This document shows positions 1 to 8,752 of a DNA stretch of 64,000 bases, in pieces. The position numbers and the translations under genes were made by a program. Below the pieces are notes generated by a model. It did no database searches. It saw only the letters and a program-made list of their open reading frames with translations, and had not been told where the DNA came from. Numbering within the stretch: the stretch's first letter is position 1; the number at the start of each line of letters is the position of its first letter. This DNA is from an uncultured euryarchaeote (GTDB lineage Archaea; Thermoplasmatota; Poseidoniia; Poseidoniales; Poseidoniaceae), in NCBI GenBank assembly GCA_964001175.1, contig CAXFAS010000003.1, forward strand, positions 46,335 through 110,334, written 5' to 3'.

Positions 1-771
1 CGGGCCTCTTACTTCACCAACAATGATTCTATCTGGACGCATACGAAGACTGGACTTTAAGCAGTCATTCATATCAACTTCAGGAGTGCCATCAGGCCTC
101 TCTCTTCTAGTTTCCATTCTCAGCCAGTGATCATGATAAACTTGTAATTCAGCAGTATCTTCAACTGTTAACAATCTTCTATGCCATGGAATATACATAC
201 CTAAGCAATTCAAAGTAGTAGTCTTACCAGAACCTGTACCTCCAGCAATTACGAAGTTTGCAGGCCTACTATCAAGACCCTCTATCCAAACCCACATCAT
301 TGCTGCTAAGCGTGAATTTACAGTTCCAAACTTAACTAAGTCTAACATTGTTAGAGGGTCCTCTCTAAATTTACGTATAGTTAGGGTTGGACCGTCTGGA
401 GTTATCGGCGGGATTGTTCCGTTTACACGAGAACCATCAGGTAATCTTCCATCAAATATTGGTACCATACCTGGGCCGTCTCCAAGAGGTACATTGGTAA
501 AGGAAGCTATGTTTTTAGCGATTTGAATTCCCGCATCATCATCAATCCAAACATTAGTTCTACACATTCCATGATCTCTGTGAGCAACTTTGACACATTG
601 AGTCCCACCATTATACATTACTTCTTCTAAATTATCATCTTCAAGTAAAACTGCGATATCACCGTATGGATTTGGATCTATAGATCCATCAACGTGATAT
701 ATTGGTGATGGGTGATTCGGTTCTAGATAAATTGTTACTCTTCCATATTGTGCTAATACTTTTTCTGCCAT
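1..771 (-). CDS. Type II/IV secretion-system ATPase (FlaI/TadA/VirB11-like), 3' end truncated by the window edge
   Basis: Minus-strand translation from the ATG at 771 gives MAEKVLAQYG...VIAGGTGSGKTTTLNCL, a Walker A typical of T2SSE-family secretion ATPases, then ...RIIVGEVRG. A GGAGGT Shine-Dalgarno lies 8 nt upstream of the ATG. The upstream gene's stop is 5 nt away. Confidence 0.75.
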   Translation of the reverse strand, partial: MAEKVLAQYGRVTIYLEPNHPSPIYHVDGSIDPNPYGDIAVLLEDDNLEEVMYNGGTQCVKVAHRDHGMCRTNVWIDDDAGIQIAKNIASFTNVPLGDGPGMVPIFDGRLPDGSRVNGTIPPITPDGPTLTIRKFREDPLTMLDLVKFGTVNSRLAAMMWVWIEGLDSRPANFVIAGGTGSGKTTTLNCLGMYIPWHRRLLTVEDTAELQVYHDHWLRMETRRERPDGTPEVDMNDCLKSSLRMRPDRIIVGEVRGP

Positions 772-775
772 TTTT

Positions 776-1507
776 TCAACCTCCAATGATTTTAACTGCG
801 CCTAAATATAATCCCATAGATACCGACATCCAGAATGGTAGCCACCAAAGGAAATCTTTCATCCTTCCAAGCATTCTACCTGAAACAGATGCTGCTATTG
901 CTGATGCTGCGGCAAAGAATAGAGAAAATGTTTGGTTAAACTCGCCTATCTGGTATCCTTTACTTGCAGGTGCGAATAAACCAACGATAAATGCGATTAG
1001 AACTGGTAAACCAATACAAACGAATATGATAATTAAGATTCCACGTGCTTGTAATTCGCTTTCTCTCTTGTTCATCAAGTCATTCAATCTTTCATAATCC
1101 ATAGACAAGTCAGAAAGTATTCCTTGCAAAGGAGCATCTTGCTCGACAGCGGTTTCAATCAGAACTGTGACTCTTTGAACTTGGGCTGAACGTGTCTTAG
1201 AAGCAAAAGCAGAGAGTGCGGCATCAAAAGAAGATGAATGACTTGATTCTAAAGTATCTGCAAGTAACTTGCCTAAAACTCCAGGTGTATTCCTTGCTTG
1301 TTCTAACATTGCTTCTTGAATACCTCTACCCGCCCCAACTGCATCGGACAACGATTCTAATAAAGCAGGTAATTGATTTTCAATACTTCTTCTTCTCTTC
1401 CTTTCAATCATCGGAGGTATTCCTCCAGCGGCAAATGCAATACCTAAAACTGAAAGAACAAGTAAAAGCATTTGATCATTGAAGGCTTCAAGAATATCAA
1501 ATATCAT
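776..1507 (-). CDS. T2SSF-domain membrane protein (TadB/TadC / FlaJ-half-like)
   Basis: N-terminal TM helix, then a cytoplasmic segment (LPALLESLSDAVGAGRGIQEAM) resembling a T2SSF domain, then C-terminal TM helices. Sits immediately upstream of the secretion ATPase. Confidence 0.5.
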   Translation of the reverse strand: MIFDILEAFNDQMLLLVLSVLGIAFAAGGIPPMIERKRRRSIENQLPALLESLSDAVGAGRGIQEAMLEQARNTPGVLGKLLADTLESSHSSSFDAALSAFASKTRSAQVQRVTVLIETAVEQDAPLQGILSDLSMDYERLNDLMNKRESELQARGILIIIFVCIGLPVLIAFIVGLFAPASKGYQIGEFNQTFSLFFAAASAIAASVSGRMLGRMKDFLWWLPFWMSVSMGLYLGAVKIIGG

Positions 1508-1514
1508 AATATCA

Positions 1515-2096
1515 CTACAACCCAGGATCTTTCGTATGTGCCTTTAGACCAATCATAATCATTCCAACAAGAGTCATAATCAATCCTACATTAACTACTG
1601 ATTTTATTGTGGATGCAGGAGGTAATTGCATAAAAGCTCCTAAGTCCCCACTCATTAATTGAGGAATTAATCCTACAATAGCCAGAATAATAGGTCCTAT
1701 CATTCCAATTGAAAGTAGTGTTTCAGGAACTCCGCCTAAATCTTCAATGTATTTCTTAACATCTTCATTTCGGTCTTCTTCCATCCTTTTTCCTTGTTTT
1801 CTCAAAGTCTCTACCAAATCTGTATTTTGAGTTAAATTTGTGTACATAGTGTTTAACAGTCTTCGATAACCTTCAGATTCCGCCTTATTCATAAGACTCT
1901 TAACTTCTCTTTCTAGTCCACTAGACTTGCCAGAACGTAACCTTTCCATAATTTTCGAGAAGTCAGAAGAAATAATCCCATAACCACCTGTCCCTATTGT
2001 GTGTATGGCTGCTTCCAACCCAACTCCAGATGACATTAGAACGTCCATTGTACGAATAACATAGAGAATTTCTCTTTTTTCGTCTAATGAACGCAA
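1515..2096 (-). CDS. T2SSF-domain membrane protein (TadB/TadC / FlaJ-half-like)
   Basis: Cytoplasmic T2SSF-like segment (LMSSGVGLEAAIHTIGTGGYG...ESEGY) followed by hydrophobic helices. 8 nt from the next gene. Confidence 0.5.
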   Translation of the reverse strand: MRSLDEKREILYVIRTMDVLMSSGVGLEAAIHTIGTGGYGIISSDFSKIMERLRSGKSSGLEREVKSLMNKAESEGYRRLLNTMYTNLTQNTDLVETLRKQGKRMEEDRNEDVKKYIEDLGGVPETLLSIGMIGPIILAIVGLIPQLMSGDLGAFMQLPPASTIKSVVNVGLIMTLVGMIMIGLKAHTKDPGL

Positions 2097-2105
2097 CTAA
2101 ATCCC

Positions 2106-2459
2106 TCAATTGATATCTTCTATTAATTCAAAAATGAATGATTCATTCGAACCATCATATTCCATAGAAGCAAATACAACCTTTACATCTCTCTCTTCAA
2201 AAGGATCATGGATGCAAGGTTGACCTGAACGGAACATCGCTAAAATCCTCTTGTATTCGTCGAGTTGCATTTCTCCACTAATTGTGTAAATAGCAGACTC
2301 AGAGCCTTCATCGTGTAAATTATCTCCTTCTTCACCACGAACAATTGTTCGAGTCATTCTACGCGTAAGTCTAACTTTGATGTCTGCGTTAGGTATTCTA
2401 ACCCAATCAGCGCTAGTTGTTCCCGTTGCCGGTCGAATAAAGAAATCCATTCCTGCCAT
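2106..2459 (-). CDS. Hypothetical soluble protein (possibly a small RPA14-like subunit)
   Basis: 117 aa with no signal peptide or TM helix. Position between the RPA32-like and Tad-like genes is the only clue. Confidence 0.3.
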   Translation of the reverse strand: MAGMDFFIRPATGTTSADWVRIPNADIKVRLTRRMTRTIVRGEEGDNLHDEGSESAIYTISGEMQLDEYKRILAMFRSGQPCIHDPFEERDVKVVFASMEYDGSNESFIFELIEDIN

Positions 2460-2519
2460 ATGATGACCTCTATGACAACCACAGAAGCGAAAGAACTTGA
2501 ATGTGTTGGGGATAAATGC

Positions 2520-3467
2520 TCAAGAAACTATCCTAAACCACCCGAATGCTGGTTCATGAATTGAACCTTCATCAGATAATGATTCTATCTTTTCTTCCGC
2601 AACAGAACGTGCAAAGCCTCTAGCGGATGCATTGGTAATAAGAGTTTCAAAATCAACCCCATCACCTTGGTCTAACTTCTTGATAATTTCTAGTAATACA
2701 TCTCCCAATTCTTCGGATTCTTCTGAGTCCCCTGAATCACTATCTGATGTATTGGTATCAACTAATTGCTGTTGCGCAGGCGTCGATGCAGCTTCTATTT
2801 TTCCTTCTGCAATATCCAATGCTTGCATTATGTTCAAATTATAATGTTCAAGATCAATATCTCCATAATGATTTCTTGATGCAACTAGACCTTCGACCAT
2901 ATGACTCGGTATTTCTGCTTTAGTCAATGCTTCAATAGTCGGTTCGAAATCTAAAGAATCTGTGAAAATTTTCATCCGTTCCAATGTTCCTTGGCACGCT
3001 TGAGTCAGCCAAACTGCATACCCATTAGAATCAATTTCACATGCTTCTTCTGGACGAAGAGAAGTATAAATTGCTCCTTCCTCGGTCTGGAATAGACGTG
3101 TTTTTGCAACCATCATCAATAAAATCGGTTCGCCACTTTCAACTCTAGGAGAAAGTAGTAATGTTAATTCCCTCATTGAATCGGAGGCATAGTCTCCAAC
3201 AGAGAAATAATGAACACCAGATGGATCCCTAATTTGTCCTTGGTAAAGAACAGAACCGTTAGCAGTATCTCTAGGCTCAAGTCTTTCCAAAAGTCCTGCG
3301 ACAATAACTCTGTTGACTTTTGAACCGAGTTTTGTGATAACAAAAGAGGGGTCAAATTCTCCAGAACCCTTCTCATTTAATGTTGATTCACCAAATTCAG
3401 ATGCCAGCATATACCATGCAGACTGTCTTTTTATTGAGCGAGAAGGTTGCATTAGACCACTCCCCAT
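2520..3467 (-). CDS. RPA32-like / RPA-associated OB-fold protein
   Basis: OB-fold-like core (FVITKLGSKVNRVIVAGLLERLEP...GQIRDPSGV), an acidic Ser/Asp linker and a C-terminal winged-helix-like tail. Overlaps the RPA gene by 16 nt. Confidence 0.45.
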   Translation of the reverse strand: MGSGLMQPSRSIKRQSAWYMLASEFGESTLNEKGSGEFDPSFVITKLGSKVNRVIVAGLLERLEPRDTANGSVLYQGQIRDPSGVHYFSVGDYASDSMRELTLLLSPRVESGEPILLMMVAKTRLFQTEEGAIYTSLRPEEACEIDSNGYAVWLTQACQGTLERMKIFTDSLDFEPTIEALTKAEIPSHMVEGLVASRNHYGDIDLEHYNLNIMQALDIAEGKIEAASTPAQQQLVDTNTSDSDSGDSEESEELGDVLLEIIKKLDQGDGVDFETLITNASARGFARSVAEEKIESLSDEGSIHEPAFGWFRIVS

Positions 3468-5143
3468 TTTGCTCTAATTTCAGTAGCTAACATAGCAGGA
3501 TCTAAATCAACCAATTCTGTTTTATCGGCTAAAACCATTGCTCCTTGTTCATCAACAATCGCCCTGCCGCTGGCTATAACTTGCTTACCCAGCAACTTTT
3601 TCCTAAGAGATTGAACAAACTCCATCTGACCGTTAGAATCTATCTCAGAAACAATATCTTTTTCGGTAGTACCAAGAAGATCTAATGTTGCTTCCTTGTT
3701 AATTAGGAGCGAAGATGTGGCTTTTCCATCATCGATAACCAATCTTAACCTGACATCTTGATTTCCTGAATCGTTGCCATGTTGAGCACAAATACCATCT
3801 TTTAGCACTCTCCTACATTGGGTGCAACGCATGATGATTCCGCAATCTTCTCTAACACTTGCAACAACTCCCTTTGTTGAAATTCCAACTCTACTAGAAC
3901 CATTAACTAATTCACTTAATTCAACCTCAACTACATGATTAGTTAGGTCTATAGAAGAGTCCCATGGAGTAGATTCTAAAATTTCTACTTGAACTGCTTT
4001 GTCTACAGTAATATCTGGAATTCCTTGCCATGATCGCACTCTTACTCCCTTGAGTTTTACGGTAACTGGAAGATCAGAGCTTTCGATAGGAAGTTCTTCC
4101 CAAGCACTCATTCGACATTTACCGGAGGGGTCAGCTATTTGCCCGGACCAAAGAAACTTCTCTTGACCATCTCTAACAAAAGAACGCTTTGTCCATTCAG
4201 TCAATTGAACAATAGTTTCAACATCTCTAGAACCATCTCTCAACTGAGATATTGTTAAGATATTTTGTTGTAATAATGAATCTGCATCTGCAAAATTCGA
4301 ATCATGGTATACCTCTACTTTTGTTGTTCTACCAAAATTAAGTTCTGGTGTATCTCTAAATGTTCTAACTTGAGCACCATCAATCTTGACTAAAGTGCCA
4401 ACTTCATGTTCAAATGGCTCCCAAGATAAAAATCCAATTGTACCTGTTTCATCGGCAATTCTACCTCTGACAACGTCTATAGAACCGGAACCATCTTTCC
4501 TGTGAATCTGATCGGGTCGAGAAGAAAGAATTCTTCCAACTACACAGATATAACCATCTTTAGGAATACTATTAATTTCAATGGGCTCGCCAGGAGCAAC
4601 AACTGGCCTCGTTCCTTCTCTTAGAACCGCTATCCTGGTACTTTGATTGATGTTAAGTGACATTCTGCCTTGATATTCATTTACTGATGCACCTTCAATT
4701 CTAACAACAGATCCTGGAGTAATATTAGAGTTAGGGCCCCAGTCTTTATACTCCCACCGAGTTCTTTGGCTACCTTCATCCCAAGGCGAATCTTCAAGTA
4801 AACCAAATGCTATTTGCTTTTGTTCACCTCTAATAGTCTGTTCACGTAGATTGTGTGAAATTATTTCTACTTCAATTTCAATATCTCTATCAGTCGATGA
4901 CAATTCACTAAGACTAGCAACTTTTTTTGTCACCTTAGGGGAATCGTTAGAATTACTATTATTTGTTGTTGAAGGAGCCATGTCTCCTTTAAACCTACGA
5001 ATTATTGAGCGTAAAGCGTCTTGAGGCGGAATATAAAATTCACTTTCATATTTTTCAAAAGCCTCTCTGATTTCATCCTTATCGGCATCCGGACACTCTG
5101 ACAAAACCGCATTAATATGCGTTTCATACTTTTCGTCAGACAT
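3452..5143 (-). CDS. rpa: Replication factor A (single-stranded DNA-binding protein RPA, multi-OB-fold with zinc ribbon)
   Basis: 563 aa with several OB-fold repeats and a C4 zinc ribbon (CTQCRRVLKDGICAQHG), the typical euryarchaeal RPA architecture. Confidence 0.7.
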   Translation of the reverse strand: MSDEKYETHINAVLSECPDADKDEIREAFEKYESEFYIPPQDALRSIIRRFKGDMAPSTTNNSNSNDSPKVTKKVASLSELSSTDRDIEIEVEIISHNLREQTIRGEQKQIAFGLLEDSPWDEGSQRTRWEYKDWGPNSNITPGSVVRIEGASVNEYQGRMSLNINQSTRIAVLREGTRPVVAPGEPIEINSIPKDGYICVVGRILSSRPDQIHRKDGSGSIDVVRGRIADETGTIGFLSWEPFEHEVGTLVKIDGAQVRTFRDTPELNFGRTTKVEVYHDSNFADADSLLQQNILTISQLRDGSRDVETIVQLTEWTKRSFVRDGQEKFLWSGQIADPSGKCRMSAWEELPIESSDLPVTVKLKGVRVRSWQGIPDITVDKAVQVEILESTPWDSSIDLTNHVVEVELSELVNGSSRVGISTKGVVASVREDCGIIMRCTQCRRVLKDGICAQHGNDSGNQDVRLRLVIDDGKATSSLLINKEATLDLLGTTEKDIVSEIDSNGQMEFVQSLRKKLLGKQVIASGRAIVDEQGAMVLADKTELVDLDPAMLATEIRAKWGVV

Positions 5144-5296
5144 GTTCTCTCACCCCGACAGACATCATTCTCATCGATTGCCTGTACGGAGAACAGGCTT
5201 CGGGTTTTCGTGCGGATTGGTTAAGACTAGACACTCCCTTTACCTCCATGGTAACAGATACCACAGACGACAGGAAATAAAGAATGCCCTTAGAAA

Positions 5297-6694
5297 TCAA
5301 GCAGGATTAACTCGTAAACCATTCATAAATAGTACATCTGGAATGTACATACTTCTTCCAGAGACTCTCACATCATTACCCAAGAAAACATCGCTTTGTA
5401 ATGCTTTTGACATATTACCTGAAAGTCCTGCTTGTTTTACTGAACCGATAATTTCTCCCTCTTCGACTCTGAGTATCGAACTTGTAGTAACGGAGAAATC
5501 GCCACTTGTTGGATTTGCAGTATGAGCTCCCATCACACTATTTACGATATAACCTGTATCCATTCTTTCCAATAATTGATCAACACTATTCGATTTAAGA
5601 GTCGATGTCAATTCTAGGTTAGAACAAGTTGTAACAGGAGGACTTTGATGACCTCCTCGGGAAGCTGAACCTGTTGTCTCTGCATGTTCAATTTTACCTT
5701 CTGATACTAACTTTGCAGAGTCTCTGGTAGACCATAATGAACCAACCAATTTACCTGAATCAATAATCACTTGACTCCTGGTTGGAACTCCTTCTCCATC
5801 TCTAGAGGAAGAAGAAATACCTCCGCTCATCCTTGCATTATCTATCAATGAAAGATCTGAAGCAATGACATTCTGCCCCATTTTACCAGACCAAAATGAT
5901 TCCATTCTTGCTAGTCTTTCGCCTTTTATTGCTGATGATACAACTATTGAAAACAGCGAGCCAAGTCCTTCAGAAGTCATTACAACTGGCAAATCTTGAG
6001 CGCCTCCATCGATTTTTATTGGATCTCTAGTTTTTTGAGCCCATTCAACGGAGTTGGCAACACAATTGGGAATTTTATCAATCAAATTCTTACTAGACTC
6101 TCCTTGCCAAGAACTAGTCAACTGTGAGTCTTCGTCTATAGAAACCTGTACTCCAATGCCATGAGAAGTAGTTATTCCATGATGTTCAATTCCTTCACTA
6201 GAAGTTAGAACACCTGCAGTAGCGCTAACTCCTAATCCACCACCCGTTACTACTGCCCTTTTATCTAAAGATGAAACCTCACTTAATATTGAGTCTGCTT
6301 GTTGTAATAGATCATCTGGTCCAACCGAAAGAATTCTTTTATCGAACAGGCCTTCTACTTCTTTGGTATCTTGACTACTGGGTAGTACGAATCCCTCAAC
6401 TGGAGGTGAAACTCTAGCAATTGACATCGCCTGATTAATTGCATTTTCAGCCGAGTTAACATCTACCAGATAGGCATAACCAAATTTCCCATCTTCTAGA
6501 ACTCTAATGCCGTATCCTCCGCCACCCCCTCCTGCAGCAAGAGATATCTTTCCAGCCTCAATGTCTAATTCATGGCCGTAAGATTGTAAGGCAATTATTT
6601 CCCATTGTTGAACATTATTTTTTTTACAAAGGTCGCCTATCTTTTTACTACCAGAAACCAATCTATCTAAAGCATCATCAGGAAGCATGTTCAT
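5297..6694 (-). CDS. pmbA: PmbA/TldE-family metalloprotease modulator
   Basis: 489-aa ORF with Gly-rich PmbA/TldD-fold motifs, immediately downstream of TldD. I shifted the start to an internal Met (MNMLPDD) to avoid a 76-nt overlap with tldD. The ORF track itself starts at 6766. Confidence 0.6.
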   Translation of the reverse strand: MNMLPDDALDRLVSGSKKIGDLCKKNNVQQWEIIALQSYGHELDIEAGKISLAAGGGGGGYGIRVLEDGKFGYAYLVDVNSAENAINQAMSIARVSPPVEGFVLPSSQDTKEVEGLFDKRILSVGPDDLLQQADSILSEVSSLDKRAVVTGGGLGVSATAGVLTSSEGIEHHGITTSHGIGVQVSIDEDSQLTSSWQGESSKNLIDKIPNCVANSVEWAQKTRDPIKIDGGAQDLPVVMTSEGLGSLFSIVVSSAIKGERLARMESFWSGKMGQNVIASDLSLIDNARMSGGISSSSRDGEGVPTRSQVIIDSGKLVGSLWSTRDSAKLVSEGKIEHAETTGSASRGGHQSPPVTTCSNLELTSTLKSNSVDQLLERMDTGYIVNSVMGAHTANPTSGDFSVTTSSILRVEEGEIIGSVKQAGLSGNMSKALQSDVFLGNDVRVSGRSMYIPDVLFMNGLRVNPA

Positions 6695-8208
6695 CCCACC
6701 AATGCTTCTTTTATCCTCATTATTGGTCCACCATCTCCTACTGGAACTGTTTGACCTTTTCCACAAAAACCTGGAGCTGCAAGCCTAGAATCGGTTGTCA
6801 ATCCGTCGACATCTTTCAAAATCTGTAATGTTAATCCACTTACGCTTACATCTTTTAGAGGAGTAGTTATAGAACCATTTTCAATAAGCCAAGCCTCTTG
6901 AGCAGCAAATTGAAAAGAGCCACGCCCGGTATCAACTTGACCTCCTCTAGAACCACAAGCATAAACTCCGTATTCTATATCCTCAATCAATTCATCAAGA
7001 TCTTTGTGAGTTCCGCCTCTAATCAAAGTATTTGACATCCTAACTAATGGATGGTGAAGGCCATCTTGAGCTCTTGCTCCAGCATTCGGTTCTATTCCGA
7101 AATGTTGGGCTGATTCTCGGTGATTTAGGTAATCGGTTAAAATTCCATTTTTAATCAAACACTTTTCTTTTGTATCAAGACCTTCATCATCTATTGGGTG
7201 AGCACCATAACCAGTTCTAATTGTTGGATCGTCAACAACAGTAACTATTTCATTTCCAATTTTTTGTCCAAGTTTACCGTCTAAACAAGAATCTCCTGCC
7301 GCTACTAAGTCTGCTTCACAAGGATGACCTAGTGCTTCGTGAATGTAAACTCCTGTCAAATCTCTATCTGCTACCAATGGTAATTTTCCGGAAGGAGATC
7401 TCTCCGCTTTCAATAACCTAATGGCAGAAATTTTTGCATTATTCCCAAGTTCTGCCAAGTCACATGCCTCAATTAGTTCAAGTCCTCCTTCTCCTCCATG
7501 TCTTGTTCGATATGACACAACATCCGAACCCTCTCTAGCGGTAACTGTTGCATTAACTAGAGACCTTTGAAAAGACCAAACTCGGTTCATACCTTCACTC
7601 GACATGAATTCTGTATGGATATGTTCATCATGCCAGCCGCAAATTACAGATGCGATTTTTTGGTCATCGCAAGAATTTTCATGCAGTATTTTTAGATGTT
7701 CTAGTTTTTCATTGAGTTCTGTATTTCTTACATCCTTCCTAGGATTCCAATGAATTGAATCCTCAATAATTGGAACCTCGGCTAGTGAAACAGGTTTGTC
7801 TTTAATTCCCCTTCTGGAAGCAACGGCCCTTGCCAACTTTACTGTTGATTCAACTTGAAGAGGGATAGAACTTATGTCCGTAGTAGAATGAACTCCCCAA
7901 GCTCCATCGGCAAGTATTCTCATTGTTGCCCCTACTTCTTGTCCCGGAATTGCCCGCTCAAGTTGACCATCTCGAGTTGAGACACTTGAATCTGTAATGG
8001 AGACTAATCTAACTTCAGCATATTCAGCACCGAATTCTGTGGCTTTGTCAAGAGCAGATTGAATTTTATTCTGATCTAAATATCTCCTATGTCCATCAAA
8101 GGCATCTTCACCTGGAGCTTTAGCAATTACCATGAAATAGTCGAGAAAGCGATAGTGCTTGAACTCTTCTAATCTATGAGTTGAATTCTGAAGAAAGAAT
8201 AAAGGCAA
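6691..8208 (-). CDS. tldD: TldD-family zinc metalloprotease
   Basis: 505 aa containing HEALGHPCEAD (HExxxH) and the Gly-rich C-terminal TldD signature. An alternative start at 8133 would remove the overlap with the upstream gene. Confidence 0.7.
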   Translation of the reverse strand: MPLFFLQNSTHRLEEFKHYRFLDYFMVIAKAPGEDAFDGHRRYLDQNKIQSALDKATEFGAEYAEVRLVSITDSSVSTRDGQLERAIPGQEVGATMRILADGAWGVHSTTDISSIPLQVESTVKLARAVASRRGIKDKPVSLAEVPIIEDSIHWNPRKDVRNTELNEKLEHLKILHENSCDDQKIASVICGWHDEHIHTEFMSSEGMNRVWSFQRSLVNATVTAREGSDVVSYRTRHGGEGGLELIEACDLAELGNNAKISAIRLLKAERSPSGKLPLVADRDLTGVYIHEALGHPCEADLVAAGDSCLDGKLGQKIGNEIVTVVDDPTIRTGYGAHPIDDEGLDTKEKCLIKNGILTDYLNHRESAQHFGIEPNAGARAQDGLHHPLVRMSNTLIRGGTHKDLDELIEDIEYGVYACGSRGGQVDTGRGSFQFAAQEAWLIENGSITTPLKDVSVSGLTLQILKDVDGLTTDSRLAAPGFCGKGQTVPVGDGGPIMRIKEALVG

Positions 8209-8752
8209 TCAATGAATCTTCTAAATTTTTAAGATTCAGGTTTTCTTCTTCCAATCCCAATTTGATTGCGTAACTGATATCTAATTCAGGTTTATCAGCT
8301 AGGATTTCAATATTCAAATCTTCAATGATTTGATGATATTCATTTTCAAATATCTGTAGATAATTTGATTGAGGCGTTGCTGAATTATCCAAAAAATCTT
8401 GACTCTCTGGGAGGTAAACTAACCAACCTTTAGAATCGCCGTCCCCAAGACCTGCTTTAGAGAATGCTTCTGAAACATGATGAGTACCAGCAAGATATCT
8501 AATGAATTCTGCATCTATACTTCTTGCAAGTTTATTTTCTCGTAAGTGTCTTCTTTCACAACAATGCCAAGCAGTCCATAATTGATTGTTCGATAATGCT
8601 ACATGGAAGCCCAACATAAGCCATCTACTGGAAGGTCTAATTTTCAAAAAATGTTTCAATATTTCTTCATTGGATAATTGACTCGAAGACCACCCGATAC
8701 ATGGAAATATTCCCAGTTCCATAATTGGCCCCAACAAGTTAGTTTTATTCAA
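8174..8752 (-). CDS. cgi121: Cgi121-like KEOPS complex subunit
   Basis: The segment EFIRYLAGTHHVSEAFSKAGLGDG aligns with the Cgi121 signature (EILVRASGQRQIHEAIKIIGAKDG in M. jannaschii). Confidence 0.5.
   Translation of the reverse strand: MNKTNLLGPIMELGIFPCIGWSSSQLSNEEILKHFLKIRPSSRWLMLGFHVALSNNQLWTAWHCCERRHLRENKLARSIDAEFIRYLAGTHHVSEAFSKAGLGDGDSKGWLVYLPESQDFLDNSATPQSNYLQIFENEYHQIIEDLNIEILADKPELDISYAIKLGLEEENLNLKNLEDSLIAFILSSEFNS

Noticed and set aside
702-1097. A 131-aa plus-strand ORF and many other 60-140-aa ORFs lying opposite or inside long genes (e.g. 1216-1482, 2632-2844, 5142-5525, 8969-9184, 17029-18281, 20212-20705, 23726-24069, 52215-53702, 54063-55265).
   Set aside because: Each is fully embedded in a longer ORF that carries clear conserved motifs on the other strand or frame. 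They have low-complexity or odd composition and no recognisable domains, so I treated them as frame shadows.
5144-5296. A possible small RNA (C/D-box-like UGAUG plus hairpin GCCTGT...ACAGGC) between pmbA and rpa.
   Set aside because: The box C/D consensus is not met (no RUGAUGA with a matching CUGA at the right spacing). A pyrimidine-rich TCTTTATTTCC tract right after the pmbA stop is more simply an archaeal oligo-T terminator followed by the rpa promoter.
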